From NCBI GenBank assembly GCA_045633705.1, contig JAZQYV010000017.1, positions 2,916 through 66,915 on the forward strand: a stretch of DNA of 64,000 nt. Reading direction: 5' to 3'. Under the pieces are notes generated by a model. That model saw nothing but the letters and a program-made list of their open reading frames with translations. It did no database searches and was not told where the DNA came from. The DNA is from Candidatus Onthoplasma sp. (GTDB taxonomy: Bacteria; Bacillota; Clostridia; Christensenellales; UBA1242). Positions 40,072 through 48,562 of the stretch are shown piece by piece. The position numbers and the translations under genes were made by a program. Position 1 is the stretch's first letter; each line of letters begins with the position of its first letter.

Positions 40072-40094
40072 TAAGCACAAAAGAGGTAAAACAA

Positions 40095-41159
40095 ATGAAT
40101 CGTGAAGAATTTATGAAATTAAATCCTTGTATAAGGAAATCTTCCTGCAGTCAAAGAATTTCACAACAAGACATTCTTGCGCAGGCAATTTTTTTGTCGA
40201 AGCGTAAATTTATTTTTAATAAGTTAAGACAACGTGAAGCTGAACTGTTAAAGTTAAGACTTGGATTAGAAGATGGGAGAGTGCATACACAACTTCAAAT
40301 TGCTGAGTTGTGGGGTGTTTCTACTCCAAGAATACAACAATTAGAGAAATCGGCGTTGCGTAGGCTATCTACAGATGAAAATATAGAGCTATTAATGAAG
40401 TATGATGACACAACCATTGGTAACAGGATTATAAAAACAATGGTTAAGAATTTTAATTATAGGGAATTGATTTTTGAAGACATTCAAAAAGCGTTGTTAA
40501 CAGATAAAATGATTGTTAAAAGAGATGGTAATGTTTCTTCATTGTATATTCCTAGCACTTTTAATGGAAGTATAAAGAAAAAGCTTGTAGCGGGCGGCAT
40601 TACAACGGTTGAACAGTTAATTAAATATTTAAGTCAACATGACAACTTAAAAGAATTTGGATTGGGAGATACCACATATTCATCTGTTATATTTTCAATG
40701 GTTAGACTAATTGAAAACAGAACTGTAGTTATAGCATCAAAAGAACTTTTAGATAGCTATTATGCCAACAAGGCGAAATATTTAAATTATCTTACTGCAA
40801 ATAATCTTACGGACAAGGCAATATTTCCAGAAATTCAAGAGATTGAGGAAGAAATTGAACCAGCACAAAAAGATGAACAGGAAAAGAAAAGTATACTATG
40901 TTTTGCCGAAAAGGTGTTTGGAGCCAATCCTTCAAATGTGCTAATAGATGAATTAAGGTCACGCATAAGTGCAAGATCTTACAATGCACTAAGAAGGGCT
41001 CATATTGTAACAATAAGTGATTTAATCGATTATTATTACAATAACAATAGGGCATTTTCATCGATTAAGGGGATAAGTGCAATCAGTGAAACGGAAATAT
41101 TTGACGCATTGCAAGATGTTGGCCTAGAGCTAACTCAAAATGAACTACAATATGTTTAA
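40095..41159 (+). CDS. chimeric protein: sigma-70 region-4-like HTH plus two alpha-CTD-like modules
   Basis: LRQREAELLKLRLGLEDGRVHTQLQIAELWGVSTPRIQQLEKSALRRL = region 4.2 pattern. KKKLVAGGITTVEQLIKYL and SARSYNALRRAHIVTISDLIDY...IKGISAISETEIFDALQDVGLEL = alpha-CTD pattern. ATG 40095 behind AAAGAGG. Confidence 0.65.
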   Translation: MNREEFMKLNPCIRKSSCSQRISQQDILAQAIFLSKRKFIFNKLRQREAELLKLRLGLEDGRVHTQLQIAELWGVSTPRIQQLEKSALRRLSTDENIELLMKYDDTTIGNRIIKTMVKNFNYRELIFEDIQKALLTDKMIVKRDGNVSSLYIPSTFNGSIKKKLVAGGITTVEQLIKYLSQHDNLKEFGLGDTTYSSVIFSMVRLIENRTVVIASKELLDSYYANKAKYLNYLTANNLTDKAIFPEIQEIEEEIEPAQKDEQEKKSILCFAEKVFGANPSNVLIDELRSRISARSYNALRRAHIVTISDLIDYYYNNNRAFSSIKGISAISETEIFDALQDVGLELTQNELQYV

Positions 41160-41169
41160 GTGTTTAAAG

Positions 41170-41196
41170 ACCTCTATTTATAATAGAGGTTTTTTG
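41170..41196 (+). terminator. rho-independent terminator
   Basis: ACCTCTAT-ttata-ATAGAGGT followed by TTTTT. Confidence 0.8.
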
Positions 41197-41218
41197 TTTA
41201 AAAATTTTGTAAAAAGTG

Positions 41219-41247
41219 TTGACATACTGTTTTTTATGTGTTATAAT
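41219..41247 (+). promoter_or_regulatory. sigma-70-type promoter with extended -10
   Basis: TTGACA, 17 nt, TGtTATAAT. Confidence 0.75.
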
Positions 41248-41287
41248 GCAAGTGTTAAGTAAAAATACTTTACAGGGGGGGGCTTGA

Positions 41288-41608
41288 ATGGACATTGAAA
41301 CTAAAGTTGAAACATCGGCACTATTTGAAATTTATGGTAATAGTTTAACCGAAAAACAACAACAAGTGGTTGATTTGTGCGTGTTGCAAGACCTAAGCTT
41401 TGGAGAAGTTGGTGATTTACTTAACATTTCGCGCCAAGCAGTGAAGTATACGCTTGACAATGCAGTCCTTAGTATGTTAAAGTTAGAAGAGAAGTTAAAC
41501 ATTTTGAATAAATTTCAAAATATTAAACAAAAACTAACTAACTTGCTTAAAAATACAAATGATAATAAATTAAAGCAAGAAATTAACAAGATTTTGGAGG
41601 AATTATAA
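41288..41608 (+). CDS. ylxM: YlxM/p13-like putative DNA-binding protein (UPF0122)
   Basis: 106 aa; LTEKQQQVVDLCVLQDLSFGEVGDLLNISRQAV; immediately precedes and abuts ffh. Confidence 0.8.
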   Translation: MDIETKVETSALFEIYGNSLTEKQQQVVDLCVLQDLSFGEVGDLLNISRQAVKYTLDNAVLSMLKLEEKLNILNKFQNIKQKLTNLLKNTNDNKLKQEINKILEEL

Positions 41609-42948
41609 TGGCATTATTTCAAGGGCTAGGCGAAAGATTAAATCATATATTTAGCAAGCTTACAAAGCATGGCAAACTAACTGAGCTTGAAATCAAGGAA
41701 GCTATGCGTGAAGTGCGTGTTGCATTGCTTGAGGCTGACGTTAACTTTATGGTAGTAAAAAAATTTATTGCCAGTGTTAGCGAAAAAGCGGTAGGCGAGG
41801 AGATACTTAAAAGTTTAACACCAGCGCAACAGGTTATTAAGATTGTTCGTGATGAACTTACAACCCTAATGGGTGGCGAAAATGTTAAGCTGGAAGTAGC
41901 AAGTAAACCACCAACAGTTATTATGATGTGCGGCTTGCAAGGTAGTGGTAAAACAACCCTTAGCGGTAAACTCGCATTAAGCCTTAAAAAGCAGGGCAAA
42001 AAGCCGCTGTTAGTTGCGTGTGATGTGTATCGTCCTGCAGCAATTGAGCAGCTTAAAGTTCTAGGCAAATCAATCAATATTGATGTGTTTGAGCGCGGTA
42101 CTGACAATCCTGTTAAAACCAGCCGTGAGGCGATTAAGTATGCTGAAAAATATATGCTAGACACAGTGATTATTGATACGGCAGGACGTCTTCAAATCGA
42201 TGAAAAATTGATGCAAGAATTAAAGGAAATTAAAAAGGAAATTAATCCTACTGAAATCTTGCTTGTAATCGACTCGATGATTGGTCAAGAGGCTGTTAAT
42301 GTATCAACAGCATTTAATGATGCGCTTGATGTAACTGGTGTTGCACTTACTAAGCTTGATGGAGATACTCGTGGTGGCGTGGCATTAAGTGTGAGATCGG
42401 TAATTGGCAAGCCAATTAAATTTTGTAGCGTAGGCGAAAAGTTGACAGACCTTGAGACGTTCCACCCAGACCGTATGGCATCTCGTATCCTTGGTATGGG
42501 AGATATCCTAACTCTTATCGATAAGGCTCAAGAGGCAGTAGATGAAGCTCAAGTTAAGGAAATGGAAAAGAAGTTTAGAGAAAACTCTTTTACATTTAAC
42601 GACTATATTGCTCAAATGGACAATCTTAACAAAATGGGCGGTTTAAAATCGGTGCTTGGCATGTTGCCAGGTATTGGTGGTAAGTTACGACAAATTGAAG
42701 AATCGATTGACGAAAAGCAGTTGCTTAAAAACAAGGCAATAATCCAGTCGATGACAGAAAAAGAACGCGAAAATCCTGATATAATCAACGGTTCGCGTCG
42801 TACCCGTATTGCAAAAGGTGCAGGCGTAACGGTTAATGATGTAAACCAATTAATAAGGCAGTTTAATCAATCTAAAGAGATGATGAAACAGCTTAAAAAC
42901 AATAAGCGTGGCGGAATGGCCAATCTTATGAAGATGATGAGGGGATAG
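41608..42948 (+). CDS. ffh: signal recognition particle protein Ffh
   Basis: MMCGLQGSGKTT, DTAGRLQ, TKLDGDTRGG, Met-rich M domain. Confidence 0.97.
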   Translation: MALFQGLGERLNHIFSKLTKHGKLTELEIKEAMREVRVALLEADVNFMVVKKFIASVSEKAVGEEILKSLTPAQQVIKIVRDELTTLMGGENVKLEVASKPPTVIMMCGLQGSGKTTLSGKLALSLKKQGKKPLLVACDVYRPAAIEQLKVLGKSINIDVFERGTDNPVKTSREAIKYAEKYMLDTVIIDTAGRLQIDEKLMQELKEIKKEINPTEILLVIDSMIGQEAVNVSTAFNDALDVTGVALTKLDGDTRGGVALSVRSVIGKPIKFCSVGEKLTDLETFHPDRMASRILGMGDILTLIDKAQEAVDEAQVKEMEKKFRENSFTFNDYIAQMDNLNKMGGLKSVLGMLPGIGGKLRQIEESIDEKQLLKNKAIIQSMTEKERENPDIINGSRRTRIAKGAGVTVNDVNQLIRQFNQSKEMMKQLKNNKRGGMANLMKMMRG

Positions 42949-42960
42949 ATGCTCCACACA

Positions 42961-43012
42961 AATGAAAAATGAAGAATGAAAAGTGAAAAATTGCGGACGT
43001 TTTCACAGTATA
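42961..43012 (+). repeat. intercistronic repeat R, copy 1 (purine-rich run + hairpin + TATA)
   Basis: AATGAAAAATGAAGAATGAAAAGTGAAAAATTGCGGACGTTTTCACAGTATAAAA; hairpin GTGAAAA/TTTTCAC 42983-43006. Confidence 0.65.
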
Positions 43013-43077
43013 AAAAATTATCGATATAACCTACAATAGTAGTTATATATACAAAAAATTATAGGAGGAAAAATTTT

Positions 43078-43374
43078 ATGGCAGTAAGAATTAGATTAAC
43101 AAGACTTGGCGACAAAAAATCACCTTTTTATCGTGTGGTAGTTGCTGATTCTAGAACAGCTCGTGATGGTAAAGTTATCGAACAAATCGGTACTTATAAC
43201 CCACTTAAGAACCCAGCTGAAATCAACATCAATGCTGAACTAGCTAAAAAGTGGTTAGCTAATGGTGCTCAACCAACTGAAACTGCAAAAAGCATTTTGC
43301 AAACTGCAGGTGTGATTGAAGTTAAGGGCAATAGCGCAGCTAAAACAAATAATAAGAAAAAGAAGGCTAAATAA
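43078..43374 (+). CDS. rpsP: 30S ribosomal protein S16
   Basis: [31 protein letters not shown]. Confidence 0.97.
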   Translation: MAVRIRLTRLGDKKSPFYRVVVADSRTARDGKVIEQIGTYNPLKNPAEININAELAKKWLANGAQPTETAKSILQTAGVIEVKGNSAAKTNNKKKKAK

Positions 43375-43376
43375 TT

Positions 43377-43604
43377 ATGCAACAATTAATTGAATTTATG
43401 GTTAAATCAATTGTATCAGATAAAGATGCGGTTAGCGTTAACGAAGTGCAAGAAGAACGTGCTACAATATATAATGTAACAGTTGCGCAAAGCGACATTG
43501 GCGCAGTTATTGGCAAGGGTGGTAAAATTGCTGAAGCAATTCGTACAGTGGCAAAATCTGCTAGCCACAAGCGCTTTGTTCGTATCAAATTTGATGCAAA
43601 GTAA
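43377..43604 (+). CDS. KH-domain RNA-binding protein (YlqC family)
   Basis: 75 aa; VIGKGGKIAEAIRTV GXXG loop; conserved position after rpsP. Confidence 0.85.
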   Translation: MQQLIEFMVKSIVSDKDAVSVNEVQEERATIYNVTVAQSDIGAVIGKGGKIAEAIRTVAKSASHKRFVRIKFDAK

Positions 43605-43612
43605 AGGAAATT

Positions 43613-44107
43613 ATGAAAGAAGTACAAATAGCAAAAATATTACGCCCACATGGCGTTAAGGGTGCTGTTAAGATATCGGCAAGTTTGTCTGATATCTCTT
43701 TTTCTACATTTAAAAATGTATATTTAGGTAAGGCACGTATTCCAAGTAAAATTACAAAAATCATGCCACTTAATGGATTTTATTCAATTATGTTAGATAC
43801 TATTAAATCATGCGATGAGGCAGAGAAGTATCGCAATCAACCAATATATGTTAATCGTGAAGATTATGAGGTATTTGACGACGTTATGCTTATTAGCGAT
43901 TACATAGGCATAGAGGTTAAAACCAAAGAAGGCAAGTATATTGGCATCGTTGTAGATGTAGATAATTATGGCAGTGCAGATATTTTGTCAATTAACTGTA
44001 ACGGCACAACATATATGGTGCCTTATATCGAAGATACACTACACTTTGACAAATCTAAAAATGAATTTGTTATTGATTATAACAGATTTTTGGAGATACG
44101 TGTATGA
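43613..44107 (+). CDS. rimM: 16S rRNA processing protein RimM
   Basis: ILRPHGVKGAVKI, PRC-barrel C-terminus; conserved position. Confidence 0.85.
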   Translation: MKEVQIAKILRPHGVKGAVKISASLSDISFSTFKNVYLGKARIPSKITKIMPLNGFYSIMLDTIKSCDEAEKYRNQPIYVNREDYEVFDDVMLISDYIGIEVKTKEGKYIGIVVDVDNYGSADILSINCNGTTYMVPYIEDTLHFDKSKNEFVIDYNRFLEIRV

Positions 44108-44769
44108 GAATAGATGTATTAACACTATTTCCTGAAATGTTTGAAAGTCTTAATCACAGTATATTAAAACGCGCGCAAGAAGATGGCAAAATTAGTATTA
44201 ATGTAACTAATATTCGCGATTTTGCCGCTGCTCCTCATTTTAAATGTGATGATGAGCCATATGGTGGTGGTGCTGGTATGGTTATGCTATGCGAACCTTT
44301 GTTTAAGGCAATCGAAAGTGTGGTTAAGCCAAATTCTAAAGTGTATTATATGTCGCCACGTGGCAAAGTGTTTAAGCAGGCTATTGCCAAGCAAATGTCA
44401 ACATTAGAGCACATTGTGTTACTTTGCGGTCATTATGAAGGCATTGACCAACGAGTGATTGATTATTTTAATATTGAAGAACTTTCAATAGGTGATTATG
44501 TGCTGACAGGTGGTGAACTGCCTGCTATGGTTGTTATTGACGCTGTTGCACGTTTGATTCCAGATGTAATTACAGCAGATAGTCTTGATACCGAAAGCTT
44601 TAGTAATAATCTTCTTGAATACGACCAATACACTCGTCCAGCGGAATATAAGGGAATGAAAGTGCCAGATATACTACTTTCAGGTCATCACGCCAATATT
44701 GAAAAATGGCGACAACAAAACTCGTTGGCTAACACCAAGAAAAATCGACCTGATTTATTAGATAAATAA
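44104..44769 (+). CDS. trmD: tRNA (guanine37-N1)-methyltransferase
   Basis: MRIDVLTLFPEMF, DDEPYGGGAGMVM, LCGHYEGIDQRV. Confidence 0.96.
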   Translation: MRIDVLTLFPEMFESLNHSILKRAQEDGKISINVTNIRDFAAAPHFKCDDEPYGGGAGMVMLCEPLFKAIESVVKPNSKVYYMSPRGKVFKQAIAKQMSTLEHIVLLCGHYEGIDQRVIDYFNIEELSIGDYVLTGGELPAMVVIDAVARLIPDVITADSLDTESFSNNLLEYDQYTRPAEYKGMKVPDILLSGHHANIEKWRQQNSLANTKKNRPDLLDK

Positions 44770-44775
44770 TCAATT

Positions 44776-44806
44776 AAAGCATTACATAAAGGTGTAGTGC
44801 TTTTTT
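44776..44806 (+). terminator. rho-independent terminator
   Basis: AAGCATTACA-taaagg-TGTAGTGCTT followed by TTTT. Confidence 0.75.
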
Positions 44807-44807
44807 C

Positions 44808-44836
44808 TTGACAAAATCAAATTATTTAATTAAAAT
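44808..44836 (+). promoter_or_regulatory. sigma-70-type promoter
   Basis: TTGACA, 17 nt, TAAAAT. Confidence 0.65.
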
Positions 44837-44875
44837 AGAACTAAATTGAAGTGTGAAAATTAAAAGGAATGTATT

Positions 44876-45742
44876 ATGATTAACTGGTTTCCGGGACATA
44901 TGAGCAAAACATTAAAGCAAATGCACGAGTTAAATAAGTTGTGCAATTGTTTTGTGTATGTATTAGATGCACGCAGCCCAAAGGCATGCATAAACCCAGA
45001 ATTTGTAAAAGTTATTGGCGATAAGCCTATTGTATATGTGCTTAACAAAAGCGATAAGGCCAACGAAATGGCAACCACCCAATGGAAGCAATATTTTAAC
45101 GCCCTTCCTAACAGCAAGTGCGTGGTTACAAATGCAACTATTAGCAAAAATTGTAATGTGATAGTAAGCGCTATTATGGATTTGCTTAAAGACAAGGTAG
45201 AGATGAATAAGCAAAACCAAGTAAATTTTGTGTTCCGCGCAATGGTTATGGGTGTGCCCAATTCGGGTAAGTCAACCATTGTAAACAATCTTTGTGGTAA
45301 ATCTCGTGCAGTAACTGGCGATAAGGCGGGTGTTACCAAAAATGTACAATGGGTAACAGTTAACCCAACATTGCAAATTATGGACACTCCAGGTACATTG
45401 TGGCCAAGCTTTGAAGATGAGGATTTGGCATATCAACTGGCATATATTGGCAGCATTAAAGACGATGTATTAAATATTAATGAGGTGGCGGGCAAGCTAG
45501 CTATTAAATTAACTAATATCAAATCCAAGTTTGCTGAAAATTACAAGCTAACCCTAACACGTGAATATGATGCCAGCATCAACCAAGACTGGATTGAAAT
45601 GCTAGAACTTGTTGCACGTAAGCGTGGTTGTGTTTTGCGTGGTAACGAAATTGACTATGAGCGCGTATCTAAATTAATACTTGGAGATTTTAGAAAAGGA
45701 GTTTTAGGCAGGATTACATTTACTTTGCCGGAGGCAAACTAA
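44876..45742 (+). CDS. rbgA: ribosome biogenesis GTPase A (YlqF)
   Basis: INWFPGHMSKT, circularly permuted G motifs LNKSDKA ... GVPNSGKST ... DTPG. Confidence 0.9.
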   Translation: MINWFPGHMSKTLKQMHELNKLCNCFVYVLDARSPKACINPEFVKVIGDKPIVYVLNKSDKANEMATTQWKQYFNALPNSKCVVTNATISKNCNVIVSAIMDLLKDKVEMNKQNQVNFVFRAMVMGVPNSGKSTIVNNLCGKSRAVTGDKAGVTKNVQWVTVNPTLQIMDTPGTLWPSFEDEDLAYQLAYIGSIKDDVLNINEVAGKLAIKLTNIKSKFAENYKLTLTREYDASINQDWIEMLELVARKRGCVLRGNEIDYERVSKLILGDFRKGVLGRITFTLPEAN

Positions 45743-45800
45743 ATGGAGTGAAGAATGAAGAGTGAAAAGTGAAAAATTGCGGAAGCTTTCGCATTATATA
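45742..45800 (+). repeat. intercistronic repeat R, copy 2
   Basis: AATGGAGTGAAGAATGAAGAGTGAAAAGTGAAAAATTGCGGAAGCTTTCGCATTATATA; hairpin 45769-45792. Confidence 0.65.
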
Positions 45801-45814
45801 CAGGAGATAAAACA

Positions 45815-46117
45815 ATGTTAGAAAACATATTATTAGGGATTGTTTCAATTTGTACATTTATTTCATATTTTCCGCAAATTGTAAAGAGTTTAAGAACTAA
45901 ACAAGCGGAAGATTTAAGCATAGGTTCATGGATATTATGGGTTGTAAGTTCCGTTGCATATACTTTATGGGCATTTATATATGCAAATAGTTTTATGCTG
46001 ATATTTGAAACAGTTATGGAATTAAGTTTTTGCTTAATTATACTTATTTGTGCAATAGTATTTAGAAATAATAAACCAAATAAAAAGGAAGAAAAAACAC
46101 AGAATGATAGACACTAA
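45815..46117 (+). CDS. PQ-loop (SemiSWEET-like) 3-TM membrane protein
   Basis: 100 aa; three TMs with FPQIVKSLRTK PQ motif after TM1. Confidence 0.55.
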   Translation: MLENILLGIVSICTFISYFPQIVKSLRTKQAEDLSIGSWILWVVSSVAYTLWAFIYANSFMLIFETVMELSFCLIILICAIVFRNNKPNKKEEKTQNDRH

Positions 46118-46709
46118 ACCATTATTTGAACACGATTTAAAGATTAAGAAAAAATATAATCTAATTGCTGGGCTTGATGAAGTAGGGCGTGGACCACTGG
46201 CTGGCCCTGTTGTTACTGCGTGCGTGATTATGCCATATGATGAAATGATTGATGGTGTTTACGATAGCAAGCGTGTTAGTGCTAAAAAGCGTGAAAAGTT
46301 GTATGATGAGATTTTAAGTAAGGCGATTGCATACTCAATAACTCTTGAAACCGAAAAAACTATTGATGAAATTAATATTTTGCAAGCAACTAAAAAGAGT
46401 ATGTTAAACTCGTACAACACTTTAAGTATAAAGCCAGACGTATTGTTAGTAGACGCAGTTAAATTGGATGTAGACTGCGAAACTTTGCCTATAATTAAAG
46501 GTGATATGACAAGCTATGCCATCGCTTGCGCATCGATTGTGGCAAAGGTGTATAGGGACAGAATTATGGACAAATATCATGAGCAATATCCTGCATATGA
46601 CTTTATTAATAACAAGGGTTATGGAACTAAAAAACATATAGAGGCTCTTAAAGCATGTGGGAAGTGCCCAATACATAGAGATAGTTTTATATCCAATTTT
46701 GTAAAATAA
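46104..46709 (+). CDS. rnhB: ribonuclease HII
   Basis: AGLDEVGRGPLAGPVV, DSKRVSAKKRE, GYGTKKH. Confidence 0.92.
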   Translation: MIDTKPLFEHDLKIKKKYNLIAGLDEVGRGPLAGPVVTACVIMPYDEMIDGVYDSKRVSAKKREKLYDEILSKAIAYSITLETEKTIDEINILQATKKSMLNSYNTLSIKPDVLLVDAVKLDVDCETLPIIKGDMTSYAIACASIVAKVYRDRIMDKYHEQYPAYDFINNKGYGTKKHIEALKACGKCPIHRDSFISNFVK

Positions 46710-46843
46710 TTGGAATAGTACTGAACTTAATGGCAACCTGAATGGTATAATGTGAAAAGGCATGATATAATGTTGAGAGCTTTATATTTTGCGAATAGAT
46801 GCGGTTCTTTAGAAGAACAAATAACGGCAAGGGGAGTGAGATA

Positions 46844-47191
46844 ATGTTAAATACAAAAATACTTGGCGAAAAGTATGAAAATATGGCTATACATTATTTA
46901 AAAACACAAAAATACAAAATACTTGCACGCAATTTTTTGTGCCCAGCTGGGGAGATTGATATAATAGCTTACGACAAGGCAAATGATTATGTGGTGTTTG
47001 TTGAGGTTAAGTATAGGGCAACAAATGCTTTTGGTAGACCATTGGAGTCTGTTACAGCGGATAAACAGCGTAAAATTCATATAACATCACAAGTGTATTT
47101 AAAGCTTAAAGGCTGGCTTGATAAAAATTATAGATTTGATGCAATTGAGATTATTGATGACCAGCTTAGGCATATAATTAATGCCTTTTAG
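46844..47191 (+). CDS. YraN-family (UPF0102) putative endonuclease
   Basis: GEKYENMAIHYLKTQKYKILARNF..PAGEIDIIA...VFVEVKYR; ATG 46844 behind GGGGAG. Confidence 0.8.
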   Translation: MLNTKILGEKYENMAIHYLKTQKYKILARNFLCPAGEIDIIAYDKANDYVVFVEVKYRATNAFGRPLESVTADKQRKIHITSQVYLKLKGWLDKNYRFDAIEIIDDQLRHIINAF

Positions 47192-47331
47192 TGCCCATAG
47201 TATAGCAATTTGATAATGGTCTGTTTTGTGTTTTAATCGCAAAATAACAGTAAAAGTATATACAAAATTAAATATGAATACATGGTAAAATAAATTTGAC
47301 AAAATTTGTCGAATTTTTTTGTTTAAAAGTC

Positions 47332-47360
47332 TTGACAAGCTATTGTTTTTACTTTATAAT
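47332..47360 (+). promoter_or_regulatory. sigma-70-type promoter
   Basis: TTGACA, 17 nt, TATAAT. Confidence 0.7.
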
Positions 47361-47392
47361 GCGATTACCAATAAATTTTTAGGAGAATTAAT

Positions 47393-48043
47393 ATGAAACA
47401 ACAAATAGGTATGAACTCTAGCACTCTAGGGGAAATTTTTGCTCAAATCAAGGCGTACAACAAGGAAGGCAAGTCGTCATTACAATTAAAGGCCTCAATG
47501 CTTGAACAGAATATTTATAGGGCTTATCGTCCAATTATTGCAAGCTATTCAAAAAAATACAATATTCCATTAGATGAGGTTGAAATTACTTTTGATGAAG
47601 TGTTTAGTTTTGTTTATAACAACATGTTAAATGAAGTGATTGAGGCAGAAGATTTTAACCCTGCAATTAGAAACATTATGATTAAAAAGTGTCAGGCTTA
47701 CAATAATGATTCCCAAATTAAACATTCTGATCCAGTAATTCCTGCCGAAGAAGTGGCTAAGCAATCATATTTTTACACATTAATAATGATAGCTGAACTA
47801 AACAAAAATCCTAATTTAGCACAAGAGTTGGAGATATCTAAAGCCACACTTAAACTACTAAATGATTTTTATGGAATAAACAAAGAAGCGGTAAGGTATA
47901 CTCCTGACGATTTGGCTGAAAGATATGGTATATCGCCCGTTACAGTAAGAAGTAGAATAGTAATAAGCTTGAAAAAAATTAGAAACAGACACGCATTTGA
48001 ACTTACAAAAAAACAAAATCCAGACTTTAATTTTGGTTCATAA
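47393..48043 (+). CDS. divergent sigma-factor-like protein (clear region-4-like HTH, weak region-2-like N-terminus)
   Basis: 216 aa; C-terminus LKLLNDFYGINKEAVRYTPDDLAERYGISPVTVRSRIVISLKKIRN fits the region 4 pattern. Confidence 0.5.
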   Translation: MKQQIGMNSSTLGEIFAQIKAYNKEGKSSLQLKASMLEQNIYRAYRPIIASYSKKYNIPLDEVEITFDEVFSFVYNNMLNEVIEAEDFNPAIRNIMIKKCQAYNNDSQIKHSDPVIPAEEVAKQSYFYTLIMIAELNKNPNLAQELEISKATLKLLNDFYGINKEAVRYTPDDLAERYGISPVTVRSRIVISLKKIRNRHAFELTKKQNPDFNFGS

Positions 48044-48171
48044 GCATAAAAATAAAATATTTATAACAAATTTGAGTAAAACTCTTGATTAAATTGACGC
48101 AGTGTGATATAATTAAAATGTTTGAATGGTCCGCTGCGTCCAATTGCATGAACATTCACAAGGAGGTATAT

Positions 48172-48516
48172 ATGAATCCAATTATCGAACAAATTGAAAA
48201 GGAATCAATGAAATCTAGTATCACTCCATTTAATATTGGCGACACCGTTAAAGTTTATGTTAAGGTTGTTGAGGGTGATAAGGAAAGAATCCAAGCTTAC
48301 GAAGGTACTTGTATAGCTAAAAAGGGTTCTGGTATCCGTGAAACATTTACGGTAAGACGTATTTCTTTCGGTATTGGCGTTGAACGTACATTCCCATTAC
48401 ATTCACCACGTATTGATAAAATCGAAGTGGTTCGTAAGGGTCGCGTAAGACGTGCTAAACTTTACTATCTTCGCGATAGACAAGGTAAGGCAGCCAAAGT
48501 TAAAGAAGTTAAATAA
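48172..48516 (+). CDS. rplS: 50S ribosomal protein L19
   Basis: [26 protein letters not shown]...[18 protein letters not shown]; ATG 48172 behind AGGAGG (track opens at 48085). Confidence 0.97.
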   Translation: MNPIIEQIEKESMKSSITPFNIGDTVKVYVKVVEGDKERIQAYEGTCIAKKGSGIRETFTVRRISFGIGVERTFPLHSPRIDKIEVVRKGRVRRAKLYYLRDRQGKAAKVKEVK

Positions 48517-48524
48517 TTGATTTC

Positions 48525-48556
48525 AAAAAATGATGAGAATAACTCATCTTTTTTTG
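48525..48556. terminator. bidirectional rho-independent terminator between convergent genes
   Basis: AAAAAA-TGATGAG-aataa-CTCATC-TTTTTTT. Confidence 0.8.
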
Positions 48557-48562
48557 TGCTTA

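Noticed and set aside
42983-43012. Repeat R read as a plain sigma-70 promoter (TTGCGG or GTGAAA as the -35 box, TATAAA/TATACT as the -10 box).
   Set aside because: The spacing is 12 nt from TTGCGG or 19-20 nt from GTGAAA. Neither fits the 16-18 nt seen at every other promoter in this window. An alternative-sigma promoter cannot be excluded.
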